Positions 1-11,899 of a stretch of DNA of 64,000 nt are shown one piece after another (positions within the stretch are counted from its first letter, which is position 1; each line of letters starts with the position of its first letter). This stretch comes from Eutreptiella sp. 'Long Island Sound 2002' (Eukaryota > Protista > Euglenida). The stretch spans positions 144,770,001 to 144,834,000 of the forward strand of contig OZ038378.1 of assembly GCA_964036045.1 (NCBI GenBank), in the 5' to 3' direction. The position numbers were made by a program, and so were the translations under genes. Under the pieces are notes generated by a model, which was not told where the DNA came from, searched no databases, and saw only the letters and a list, made by a program, of their open reading frames with translations.

Positions 1-136
1 GGGCAAGTGCATGGCACGATGGAGCCCTGACCCACGGAGGCGCCGGAGAAAAATCTGCGGCACCCACAACACGCGTGAGAAATTCTAGTGCCTTTGGCCC
101 GGCACCTCAAAGAGACAGTCGGCCAACCAGGCAATG

Positions 137-1691
137 AGTGAGGGAGGCGGTGGGTCAGGCAGGCAATCAGTGAGGGAGGCGGTGGGTCAGGCAGGCAATC
201 AGTGAGGGAGGCGGTGGGTCAGGCAGGCAGTCAGTGAGGGAGGCGGTGGGTCAGGCAGGCAGTCAGTAAGGGAGGCGGTGGGTCAGGCAGGCAATCAGTG
301 AGGGAGGCGGTGGGTCAGGCAGGCAGTCAGTGAGGGAGGCGGTGGGTCAGGCAGGCAGTCAGTGAGGGAGGCGGTGGGTCAGGCAGGCAATCAGTGAGGG
401 AGGCGGTGGGTCAGGCAGGCAATCAGTGAGGGAGGCGGTGGGTCAGGCAGGCAGTCAGTGAGGGAGGCGGTGGGTCAGGCAGGCAGTCAGTGAGGGAGGC
501 GGTGGGTCAGGCAGGCAGTCAGTGAGGGAGGCGGTGGGTCAGGCAGGCAGTCAGTAAGGGAGGCGGTGGGTCAGGCAGGCAGTCAGTGAGGGAGGCGGTG
601 GGTCAGGCAGGCAGTCAGTGAGGGAGGCGGTGGGTCAGGCAGGCAGTCAGTGAGGGAGGCGGTGGGTCAGGCAGGCAATCAGTGAGGGAGGCGGTGGGTC
701 AGGCAGGCAGTCAGTGAGGGAGGCGGTGGGTCAGGCAGGCAGTCAGTGAGGGAGGCGGTGGGTCAGGCAGGCAGTCAGTGAGGGAGGCGGTGGGTCAGGC
801 AGGCAGTCAGTGAGGGAGGCGGTGGGTCAGGCAGGCAATCAGTGAGGGAGGCGGTGGGTCAGGCAGGCAATCAGTGAGGGAGGCGGTGGGTCAGGCAGGC
901 AGTCAGTGAGGGAGGCGGTGGGTCAGGCAGGCAGTCAGTGAGGGAGGCGGTGGGTCAGGCAGGCAATCAGTGAGGGAGGCGGTGGGTCAGGCAGGCAATC
1001 AGTGAGGGAGGCGGTGGGTCAGGCAGGCAGTCAGTGAGGGAGGCGGTGGGTCAGGCAGGCAGTCAGTGAGGGAGGCGGTGGGTCAGGCAGGCAGTCAGTG
1101 AGGGAGGCGGTGGGTCAGGCAGGCAGTCAGTAAGGGAGGCGGTGGGTCAGGCAGGCAATCAGTGAGGGAGGCGGTGGGTCAGGCAGGCAATCAGTGAGGG
1201 AGGCGGTGGGTCAGGCAGGCAGTCAGTGAGGGAGGCGGTGGGTCAGGCAGGCAGTCAGTGAGGGAGGCGGTGGGTCAGGCAGGCAATCAGTGAGGGAGGC
1301 GGTGGGTCAGGCAGGCAGTCAGTGAGGGAGGCGGTGGGTCAGGCAGGCAGTCAGTGAGGGAGGCGGTGGGTCAGGCAGGCAGTCAGTGAGGGAGGCGGTG
1401 GGTCAGGCAGGCAATCAGTGAGGGAGGCGGTGGGTCAGGCAGGCAATCAGTGAGGGAGGCGGTGGGTCAGGCAGGCAGTCAGTGAGGGAGGCGGTGGGTC
1501 AGGCAGGCAGTCAGTGAGGGAGGCGGTGGGTCAGGCAGGCAGTCAGTGAGGGAGGCGGTGGGTCAGGCAGGCAGTCAGTAAGGGAGGCGGTGGGTCAGGC
1601 AGGCAATCAGTGAGGGAGGCGGTGGGTCAGGCAGGCAGTCAGTGAGGGAGGCGGTGGGTCAGGCAGGCAGTCAGTGAGGGAGGCGGTGGGC
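137..1691. repeat. 32-bp tandem satellite, about 48 near-identical copies
   Basis: Unit AGTGAGGGAGGCGGTGGGTCAGGCAGGCA(G/A)TC recurs exactly every 32 bp (137, 169, 201...). Variation is confined to two sites (CAATC/CAGTC and GTGAG/GTAAG). Confidence 0.97.
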
Positions 1692-2566
1692 CAGGGTGTT
1701 TCAGGGGGATAGAGGCCTCAGAATCAAAACATCCATCGGGGGGATGGTCTTATTGGGCAAAATAATGCTTTTACAAGGGGTTAGACATCCGATATCATGC
1801 CTCGGGGTATGCCACCCGGACGACCCCCAAAAAGAGGGGCTGTATGGCGTCCGCGTCTCACACGCTCTCTTCGAGGGGGCCCCTGGGCTTTGTGGGGTAC
1901 CTGTCGGGGTCCATTAGAAACACGCCATCCCCCCGCCCCCCCGCGGTATGCGGCAGCACCACACATCACCCCCTGCCCCCCCCCCCCCCTCATCCGAAGA
2001 ACGGGAAAGGCATGCACCAAAAGGCCGGTCGAACACGTGCCGTCCCGTGGGCAGAACGGCGGTCGGTATCGGCGCCGGCGTGCGCGCGCCGTCACCCCCG
2101 TCGCCCCCCCCCCCCACCCCAAATGCCACACACACCGCCCCTCGTGTCCCCTCCGGAGGGGCCGGGGGGTATGGGGCGGTGATGGTCTGGGCTGAGGGCT
2201 GTCCCCCCCGGCGACGGGACGGGGGGCGCCGGGAGGGGGGAGGGGGGGGGCACATTGGGAGGCACGAGGCAGCCCCCCCCCCCCCCCCCGCGTCGCCGCC
2301 TCCCACCGGAAGAGCGCGGGGGCGCGGGCGACGCCCACCGGAACACCGCCGGCCTCCGGAACGCCCGGACACCGGCCGGGCCCTGGCCCCCGGGGGACGG
2401 AGGCGGTCGGCCACCGCCATCCCCCCGACCTCCGGCTTTTGTGAGGGGGGGGGGGGGCAATGGGCCAAGAAACACCGACAGAACCGCCGTGTGCCCCCCC
2501 CCAGCCCCACCCCCGGGCCCCCGCCCGACGCGGTGCACGGGCACTCGGGGGGGGGGGGGGGGGGAC

Positions 2567-2766
2567 NNNNNNNNNNNNNNNNNNNNNNNNNNNNNNNNNN
2601 NNNNNNNNNNNNNNNNNNNNNNNNNNNNNNNNNNNNNNNNNNNNNNNNNNNNNNNNNNNNNNNNNNNNNNNNNNNNNNNNNNNNNNNNNNNNNNNNNNNN
2701 NNNNNNNNNNNNNNNNNNNNNNNNNNNNNNNNNNNNNNNNNNNNNNNNNNNNNNNNNNNNNNNNNN
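2567..2766. other. assembly gap (200 N)
   Basis: Run of exactly 200 N. The sequence on either side is not necessarily contiguous. Confidence 0.99.
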
Positions 2767-2979
2767 ACCACTCGCCATCACCACTTTCTGTTGCCTAGAA
2801 ATACTAGGGCATGAGGCTTAGAGAGGGTATTTGGTTTTCCAACTGTGGGGAGTGCATAAATGCAATAGCCGCTCCAACGTCCGATTCCACATCAGGCAAT
2901 TCTTCTGACGACACCATTGCAAATGCCAGTGGCATTTACGTGCTTGGTGACTGCAGCACTTGTTTGAGATCAGGTGGGC

Positions 2980-3745
2980 AGACATTTGGGATTCCACAGT
3001 TGAACGAGCACATTTCAACACAATGAGCAAATGCAGCGTGGAATGGGCACATTTGAGCATGGAACGAGCGCATGTGAGCTGAATTGGCACATTCCGCGGC
3101 AAAATGAACGTGTTTCACTGCACAGTGGGCACGTCTCACCGTGCAGCAAGCACATTGAGCGGAATGGGCAACTTAACGTAGAATAGATGGATTTCCCTGC
3201 ACAATGGGCACATTCAATTTTGGAACCAGCTTTCATTCATTGGTTGTTCACCACTCCCTTGGATGGGGTTGTGGTTGACCATGCCACCTGATGGGGGGTG
3301 CTTGCTTTTTTTGTGCTTCGATTGCAGGGACAAGAAGCCCCTTTCATCTTGACGTCCCTCGCCACACCAAATTTGAAAAGTGTTGCACCCTCAAGCGATC
3401 ATGTGGCAATTTGCAACATCATATTTCACCATGGAATCGGTGAATTCACCGTCAAATGAGCAGATGGCACATTTCACCTCAGGATGGGCGTGATTGACGG
3501 CTGAAATTTCCCCTTTTCGACAAGACTTCGCTGTTCCGATAAAAATTGCCCCTCCGCAGTAAAATGTGCCCCTTTTGTCATGAAACTCGCCCATTTTGCA
3601 AAGAAGGTGTCCTTCGTGCTGTGACATGTGATATCGTGGTGAAATGCACGCCATTCCAAAGCGAAATGTGCCCATTCTGCAGCGCGTTCGTTCTGCGGCG
3701 AAATTTGCTCGTTCCACGGGGAAGTTGCCTGTTCGGCGCTCCCCT
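2980..3745. repeat. degenerate foldback-like repeat
   Basis: The left part has repeated GGGCACATT motifs (e.g. near 3045 and 3205). The right part has the reverse complement AATGTGCCC (e.g. near 3563 and 3665). Confidence 0.35.
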
Positions 3746-4616
3746 TTTGTCCACTGAGCCCTGAGCCCTGTGGCCTGGGGTGTGCAGGGGTGATCTGCGG
3801 GGCATCCACCGCATGGCTGCCAGCACGTGCCCAGGCGTCCTGCGGCCTGCCAGCCTGCCACATGCCTGCATCCCCCGCGCGCCGATCCCATGCCCTAGAA
3901 GGGCCCCTATCACAACAGGGCCATGCTCCTCTGCCCATGGCTGCGCACGTGGGGCACTGCAGCTCAGCTCTGCTGCAGGCACCTCGTGACAGTTAAGTCT
4001 TCAGGATTTGCCGGAGTCCGTGTTCGGGAGAAACGTTTGCGTGTCCACTGCTGCCGGCCTCTGTGTCTGTGTGGCTCCCCCCAAACTGTCCCTGGGCTTG
4101 TGTGCCATTGTGGGGTTCCCAAGGGGGGCTGGTCCTGTCTGTCTACTGCGAATGTTGAGTCTCTCTCGCAGGGATGCAGGTGCACGTTAAAATATATTTA
4201 TTTTAATTAATTACAGTACGACTTTGCAAGAATTTGGCTGAACTTTGTGCTTTGACTCTATAGAGAGTGAATTCGCTCAAACTCGAAGACGTACATATTT
4301 GCTCCGAATTTGCCGAATTCATGTAGAATTCGGTTTGAATCTGCATCCGTGGAGGGTTGGCGACTTTTAATGTCGTGGCTGCTCTTGCGACGGGAGGGTT
4401 AGGGGTTAGTGGGGTAGAGCCTGCCTGTGGCCTGCCCTATCCCACCCCTGGCCCCCCGGTGTGTCGCGGCGCGGCAGAAGGACCTGTATTATTTACGGGG
4501 TGATCCGTATGCAGCCTGGGAGTGGCAGGCACATTCAAGCAGGCATGAGAGTCGGCTTTCTGTGTGTCTGTGGTCCACCCTTTCTGCTGAATCAGAACCT
4601 CAGCACGTTGACCGGA

Positions 4617-4619
<3 letters not shown>

Positions 4620-4660
<41 letters not shown>
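4620..4660. repeat. (TG)n microsatellite; similar dinucleotide tracts at 9849-9878 (CA), 10158-10194 (GA) and 14000-14032 (TG)
   Basis: Read directly from the sequence. Confidence 0.95.
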
Positions 4661-4663
<3 letters not shown>

Positions 4664-5336
4664 GTGTTGGTGTGTGGCTATGGCGGCTATCTAAGATTTG
4701 GCATTGGATGCTTTGTGAAATCACAGCACAGACAGAAAGCATCAGGGTGACCTTGGGGCATGGTGTCAAGCTTGCTGATCGCTGCATGCTTTTGAGACGC
4801 ACTGGAGACTTGGCACGCTGCTTCCACGGCTCCCATACGGCATATCGAGGTTCAGCTGCTCCCGCAGTCGAGTACTGTGCAAAAGAAGCATGAAATACAA
4901 TGCTGGCGGCATTTGTGTATCCAGCAATCTGTTGGTGGATGCGGGGGGGATATCCAAAAGTGTGGGTGGACGTGGGAGAATGTTGGGATGAGACTGGAAG
5001 ACAATTTGCATCCATCGAACCTGATACAGGGAGGGATTGTTCGTACCTGACACTTTTGGGTGTTGGGATACACAACCTTTGCTTGTTGCACTGGTAAGTG
5101 CGGGGGCAGGGCCGTCTCTTATCTGCATTTGTTCTAGCCCTTGGTGCCATACGATCACCGGGTGCTTGATTGGTCTGCCTTCAGACCAAAATCCTCTTTC
5201 TATTTCTGCCCACAACTTTTTATGCCCCCTGCACCACACTTGGAAAACATGAACCCACATTGAAGTGGATGTGCACTTGATACACAAAACATGGGCATGA
5301 GATGCAGACCGCTTTTTTTTTTTGACAAAATTGCAA

Positions 5337-8300
5337 CACGGGGGGGCGACTACAACCGTTCCTGATGCGACATACCCCCCAGCTATCTGTCAAAACTCGG
5401 GGGGGGGGGTCCAGCCGGGGGTCGGGGGGGGGGGTCCTGCCGGGGGTCGGGGGGGGGGTGTTCCTGCCGGGGGTCGGGGGGGGGTTTGGCCGGGGGTCAG
5501 GGGGGGCGTCCAGCCAGGGGTGAAGGGGGGGGGGGGGTTAGGGTTAGGGTCACCGAGCTGGTGGAACCAGTCTTGGTTTTATAACCCTTTTTAGTGTCTA
5601 GGGTGGACCTACCAGGTTTAGCAGCAAGCAAGCAAGCAAGCAGCAAGCAGCACGCGCGAAATGGCTAAAAATCAGAACTCCATCGTGGTGCTTCAGATTC
5701 AGGTGAAATTTTGGTGGATGATACCTATGGGTGTGAAGTACAATCACACAAAGTTTGAGCAAAGAACTCAACGGTGGCGGCCGGGAACGGGATTCGCAAG
5801 TGGCGGACCTCAGTTTCAAAAACTGCAGTTTAGGGCCAAAAACAGCCATTTTTGGGCCAAAAAAGCCCTGGAACACATTCAAAACGGCCAAATGACGGGG
5901 AACGGTGGGTACACTCCACGTGCGGCTTGACTTCCCTGTGTCAACGAGCTCTTTGCCGCCCTCTAACTCCATGATATGTCCCGGAAACGGCCCAAAAAGC
6001 CCGCAGAAGCTGCAAATGCCGACAGCCACAAACCAAGAATAGGCCATATCTTTGGCTACATGGCTCAAAATGCGATTCCGAGGGCACCTAGTCCACCCGC
6101 AAGCCCCCACTTTTTGTGGTTTCCACCCCTCAAAATTGCCCAAACGGACGCCTAGACCCCAATACCTAGGCCCACTAGGGTGCGGCAAGCTGCAAGCTCA
6201 AGCCCAAAGAGGTGGGTGCCCAAATGGGTCAACAGGGTCCAGTAGGGGCAAAAAGATGACTTTTCTCAAAAATGATCCTCGACCATGTGCGACGCTAAAA
6301 CAAGTGCTTTTGGACCGTTTTGAGCTTGTGGTGGCCCATTTTGGTCCTCCGAAAATCCCAAAATGCCTTGAAAATGGGCTGTTTTGGGACCAAAAATGGG
6401 TCAAAAATGGGTCAAAACCGCATTTTTCCAAACCTCATCCTAGACCATTTGGGGTGCACAAACGGGTGAAATGAGCCCATTTTGAGCCCATTTTGGGGCA
6501 TTTTGGCCCCTCAGAAGTCCAAAATGCCTTGAAAGTGGGCCTTGTGGTGATGGGGTTCACTTGCAAGCTGATTTCACTTTGTCAAGAGCCATCAATGTGT
6601 GAATCATTCTTGATGTCCCTCACCAGTCATAGCCGATGTTCCCTCCCCCACCAGCTCGGTCCCAATATTCAGTCTTGATTAGGGTTAAGGTTAGGGTTAG
6701 GGTTAGCCCTAGGGTTAGGGTTAGGGTTAGGGTCACCGAGCTGGTGGAACCAGTCTTGGTTTTATAACCCTTTTTAGGGTCTAGGGTGGACCTACCAGGT
6801 TTAGCAGCAAGCAAGCAGCAAGCAGCACGCGCGAAATGGGCCAAAATCAGAACTCCGTCGTGGTGCTTCAGATTCGGCTGAAATTTTGGTGGATGATACC
6901 TATGGGTGTGAAGCACAATCACACAAAGTTTGAGCAAGAAACTCAACGGTGGCGGCCGGGAACGGGATTCGCAAGTGGCGGACCTCAGTTTCAAAAACTT
7001 CAGTTTAAGGCCAAAAAGAGCCATTTTTGGGCCAAAAAAGCCCTGGAACACATTCAAAACGGCCAAACGAAGGGAAACGGTGGGTACACTCCACGTGCGG
7101 CTTGACTTCCCTGTGTCAACGTGCTCTTTGCGGCCCTCTAACTCCATGATATGTCCCGGAAACGGCCCAAAAAGGCCCCCGGAAGCTCCAAATGCCGACA
7201 GCCACAAACCAAGAATAGGCCATATCTTTGGCTACATGGCTCAAAATGCGATTCCGAGGGCACCTAGTCCACCCGCAAGCCCCCACTTTTTGTGGTTTCC
7301 ACCCCTCAGAATTGCCCAAACGGACGCCTAGACCCCAATACCTAGGCCCACTAGGCTGCGGCAAGCTGCAAGCTCAAGCCCAAAGAGGTGGGTGCCCAAA
7401 TGGGTCAACAGGGTCCAGTAGGGGCAAAAAGATGACTTTTCTCAAAAATGATCCTAGACCATGTGTGACGCTAAAACAAGTGTTTTTGGACCGTTTTGAG
7501 CTTGTGGTGGCCCATTTTGGTCCTCCGAAAATCCCAAAATGCCCTGAAAATGGGCTGTTTTGGGACAAAAATGGGTCCAAAATGGGTCAAAAACGCATTT
7601 TTCCAAACCTCATCCTAGACCATTTGGGGTGCACAAACGGGTGAAATGAGCCCATTTTGAGCCCATTTTGGGGCATTTTGGCCCCTCAGAAGTCCAAAAT
7701 GCCTTGAAAGTGGGCCTTGTGGTGATGGGGTTCACTTGCAAGCTGATTTCACTTTGTCAAGAGCCATCAATGTGTGAATCATTCTTGATGTCCCTCACCA
7801 ATCATAGCTGATGTTCCCTCCCCCACCAGCACTACCAGGTTTAGCAAGCAAGTAGCAAGCAGCAAGCAAGCAGCAAGCAGCAAGCAAGCAGCAAGCAGCA
7901 CGCGCGAAATGGGCCAAAATCAGAACTCCGTCGTGGTGCTTCAGATTCAGGTGAAATTTTGGTGGATGATACCTATGGGTGTGAAGTACAATCACACAAA
8001 GTTTGAGCAAGAAACTCAACGGTGGCGGCCGGGAACGGGATTCGCAAGTGGCGGACCTCAGTTTCAAAAACTGCAGTTTAGGGCCAAAAACAGCCATTTT
8101 TGGGCTTAAAAAGCCCTGGAACACATTCAAAACGGCCAAACGAAGGGAAACGGTGGGTACACTCCACGTGCGGCTTGACTTCCCTGTGTCAACGAGCTCT
8201 TTGTGGCCCTCTAACTCCATGATATGTCCCGGAAACGGCCCAAAAAGGCCCCCAGAAGCTCCAAATGCCGACAGCCACAAACCAAGAATAGGCCATATCT

Positions 8301-9248
8301 TTGGCTACATGGCTCAAAATGCGATTCCGAGGGCACCTAGTCCACCCGCAAGCCCCCACTTTTTGTGGTTTCCACCCCTCAAAATTGCCCAAATGGACGT
8401 CTAGACCCCCATACCTAGGCCCACTAGGTTGCGGCAAGCTGCAAGCTCAAGCCCAAAGAGGTGGGTGCCCAAATGGGTCAACAGGGTCCAGTAGGGGCAA
8501 AAAGATGACTTTTCTCAAAAATGATCCTCGACCATGTGCGACGCTAAAACAAGTGTTTTTGGACCGTTTTGAGCTTGTGGTGGCCCATTTTGGTCCTCCG
8601 AGAATCCCAAAATGCCTTGGAAATGGGCTGTTTTGGGACCAAAAATGGGTCAAAAATGGGTCAAAACCGCATTTTTCCAAACCTCATCCTAGACCATTTG
8701 GGGTGCACAAACGGGTGAAATGAGCCCATTTTGAGCCCATTTTGGGGCATTTTGGCCCCTCAGAAGTCCAAAATGCCTTGAAAGTGGGCCTCGTGGTGAT
8801 GGGGTTCACTTGCAAGCTGATTTCACTTTGTCAAGAGCCATCAATGTGTGAATCATTCTTGATGCCCCTCACCAGTCATAGCTGATGTTCCCTCCCCCAC
8901 CAGCTCGGTCCCAATATTCAGTCTTGATTAGGGCCAGGGTTAGGGGTAGGGTTAGGGCTAGGGTTGCTGTTAGGGTCTGCAGCCCTCCTGTAGCCCTCCT
9001 TGAGGTCAAAATTTTTTCTTGTTGTTTTAACACAAATATGAATTCTCTACAAAATTTTGAGTATTTTGAGTATAAACACATAGTATGAAAAAAAAATTGG
9101 CGCCTTTGGCGCCGGACAGTTTTCTCTAGGGACACTTGTTGGTGGCTGACCGGGCACCACTATCTTTCAAAACCCGGGGGGGGGGGAGGGGGGGGGGGGG
9201 GCTGGGGGGTGTCGCATACAAGGACCGGGCCCGGCCGCCCCCCCCGTG
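5337..9248. mobile_element. non-autonomous hAT-like DNA transposon (3.9 kb) with 8-bp TSD
   Basis: TSD AATTGCAA at 5329-5336 and 9249-9256. Imperfect TIRs of about 47 bp: CACGGGGGGGCG...ATGCGACATACCCCCCAGC (5337-5383) versus the reverse complement of 9201-9248. An 8-bp TSD with CA-initial TIRs is typical of hAT. No transposase inside. Confidence 0.8.
5537..8985. repeat. three tandem 1.1-1.2 kb modules bounded by interstitial (TTAGGG)n
   Basis: The marker CACGCGCGAAATGG occurs at 5651, 6826 and 7899. TTAGGG tracts lie at 5537-5550, 6679-6732 and 8928-8985. A 13-bp subterminal inverted repeat ACCGAGCTGGTGG (5552, 6735) pairs with CCACCAGCTCGGT (6648, 8897). The unit 2/3 junction is deleted near 7830. 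Confidence 0.92.
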
Positions 9249-9846
9249 AATTGCAACACGTCTACAACAGTATGAGAAAGTCTCGGAACCTAAGTACACT
9301 CTCCAAATGTACCATAGCTTCTTCCCCTGTCAAAGGGGCCGTAGTCGATGAAGAAGGAGCTGCTTACATTCCTACTGTGAGTATACTTGCAGTGCAACTT
9401 CTGATTGCCATGACCCCATTTGGGCCCCATCATCTCACCTATGGCACGTCCTTCTTTCCGGGGGCTTAGCCTTGGATGGAGGGCAGGCATCTTCACAAGC
9501 TTGAGATGCAAAATGCACAAATTGTGATAGTTGGGATGAGGGGGGCATGCATAGTAGATGCAAGTAGATGTAGTGTTCCTCACATTGTTCGGCTGATGGC
9601 ACTATGAAAGCAATATGAATCTAAAATGGAATTGTTGGATGAAGAGATTACAAACTTGCTACAGTGTTCGCAGTAATAGCGGCAGAATCTCCAAGGATGC
9701 CTCCGTTAATAGTCTAGGACTGTAGTCTGCATGTATACTCCATTACTAGTACGGAGCAGCCAGCCCTTGACCCATAACCCCCTCGCTTAACCCGTCGCAC
9801 ACCGGCCGGGACTTTAATTGGCCTTTGCCCTCCATTACTAGTACAA

Positions 9847-9883
<37 letters not shown>

Positions 9884-10155
9884 CATAGTGTTTGCTATTG
9901 TGCATCACATCAAGAACATTGGCATTGTTGACCTACGGTGTCTTTGCTTGCCTTGATGCACATGCATGGGGCCCACAAAGATGTGATCCCATGACAACAC
10001 ATGGTGGCCATTGGGTTCCAGGTACTGATAGTTGTGATGGTTAGCTTGTCGGTCACATGCTTACTTTGTGTTCTTGAGGAGCAGAATCTTTTACATTTTC
10101 CTTGACTAATGGGGAAGGTGAGAAGGAACAGAATGGTCAAAGCTTAGAGATGTCT

Positions 10156-10201
<46 letters not shown>

Positions 10202-10707
10202 GAAGAAGAGCGTGAGAGGGGATTCAAGAAGACGGAGGATGAGGTCTTGGAGTGTGTCCTTGTTGTGTCTGAGAATTTGGCCCACCCTTTGCAACCGGTG
10301 TACAATGATGGTAACAATGGTGGTGTGCAGTGGTGGGAGAAGCGTTGTGATGCCACCTCTCTATGTGCCCAAGTTGCTTAGATGGGTGCAGAGGCATGCA
10401 CTACGCACAGTAGTTGCATAGGCTTGGGTTTGGGTTTCTGCTTCTTGGTGTGCCAATGGGTGCTAAAATGGTGGCGAGGTGTATTAGACGAACAACCAAC
10501 GAAACGAATGAAAGTAAAAACAGGGCCCGGTCCATATCCCCAACCGGAAAGAGGCCAATCCATATCCCCAACTTGAAACATATCCCCAACCGGAAAGGGG
10601 CCATGCAAAAAGCGAGGATTTGGGCTCTGTATGAACAATGGCCCAAAGAGGTCCCCGGTATCAGCCCCAACTCACCTCTACTCCCCGAGCCCCCACTTCC
10701 CTAAAGC

Positions 10708-11688
10708 ATGCCGAAAGATGATGAATGGGAAGCATCACAAGTTAAATGGAAGGGCATCCACAGAAGTTGCTTGGCCCCACAACCAAATGCAGTCCTGACT
10801 CCATAGAAGGAGTAGGGGCAATCATGACACGAAATCTGCTCTAGTGTTGGGCTACTCATGATGACCTTACCTCATAGCTATACATATACAAGGGTCTCCC
10901 AGATTAATAGTACAACAATACAAGAAGGACCGCCACCACTCCCAGGAGCTTGCTCCAAGGGGTGACTGTTGATACAGACCTCAACCATTGTCCCATTTTC
11001 TATTCTTTATGACACATTTCACGGGCTCCATACCCATTAGTTCCGTTGGTTGCATGTGGAGTGCCGACCTGTGGAACCCTAAGTATGCACCACATGTTTA
11101 CAAGGTCACCGTTGCCGTTGATATCTTGGGCAACATTGTATGGATTTGCCCCTTGGCGCCCGGGACATTTGCGGATGTTTTGATTTGGGATGGGAATGGA
11201 TCGTCTTGTACCCGCAGTGATTTCTTTGATTTTGAGGTTGGGGGCCATGACGGCGCTTACAAAGGCAAAATTCATGTCATTGTGCCATTTATTGGAAGAA
11301 AGAATGGAACTTTGATGTGCATGGGTGGTATAGGGCACACATTGAGCATTTGTTTGGACACATGTGGCATTCGGGTTTGGTTAGGAACATTTGGCGTGGT
11401 GGCCCTAATGAGTTGCACCGTTCCGTGTGTGTTTTGTTGCATTTCACGCAAAATTGCATTCGGAGGCAGGTCCGTCACCCTCCTTATGGACCATGGGACC
11501 ATGTCTCGCCTCATGTTTGGTCCGATAAAAGCAACTCGGCCGCCACTCAAGATGAGGGAGAGGATGAGGTAGATGTGTGTGCCTCGTGTTGTCAGAAGCG
11601 GTCCACCATCACAGCTTGTGGTGAGTGCCAGGAGCATTATTGTGATGAATGTATTGATGCCCACACTTGTGGGGAACAAATTCTTTAA
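10708..11688 (+). pseudogene. degenerate PIF/Harbinger (IS5/ISL2EU-like, DDE_Tnp_4) transposase with C-terminal Cys-rich finger
   Basis: Motifs YKVTVAVDILGNIVWICPLAPGT-ADVLIWD, HDGAYKG and HGWYRAHIEHLFG match the DDE_Tnp_4 layout. There are stops and frameshifts upstream of 10988 and a frameshift near 11310. The tail reads CASC...CGEC...CDEC..AHTC. Confidence 0.8.
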
Positions 11689-11899
11689 AGGCCAATACAT
11701 GAGTAATACACATCGATGTTGAAATGCTCCATTTCGTCTTGTGCGCTGTGGTTTGTTGGGAAGGTTTGCAGTCCACTCTCGTCGACCTGCGGGGCTCCTC
11801 TAGGGGAGCGTAAATCCAGGGTTTAATTCGGCGAGTAGCGCACCGGGCAAACCCCCCCCCCCCGTTGACTGATAGCTGGGGCACAACGAATCGGCCCTA

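Noticed and set aside
137-1691. CRISPR-like array (32-bp periodicity)
   Set aside because: The units abut with no unique spacers, no cas genes are present, and the context is eukaryotic.
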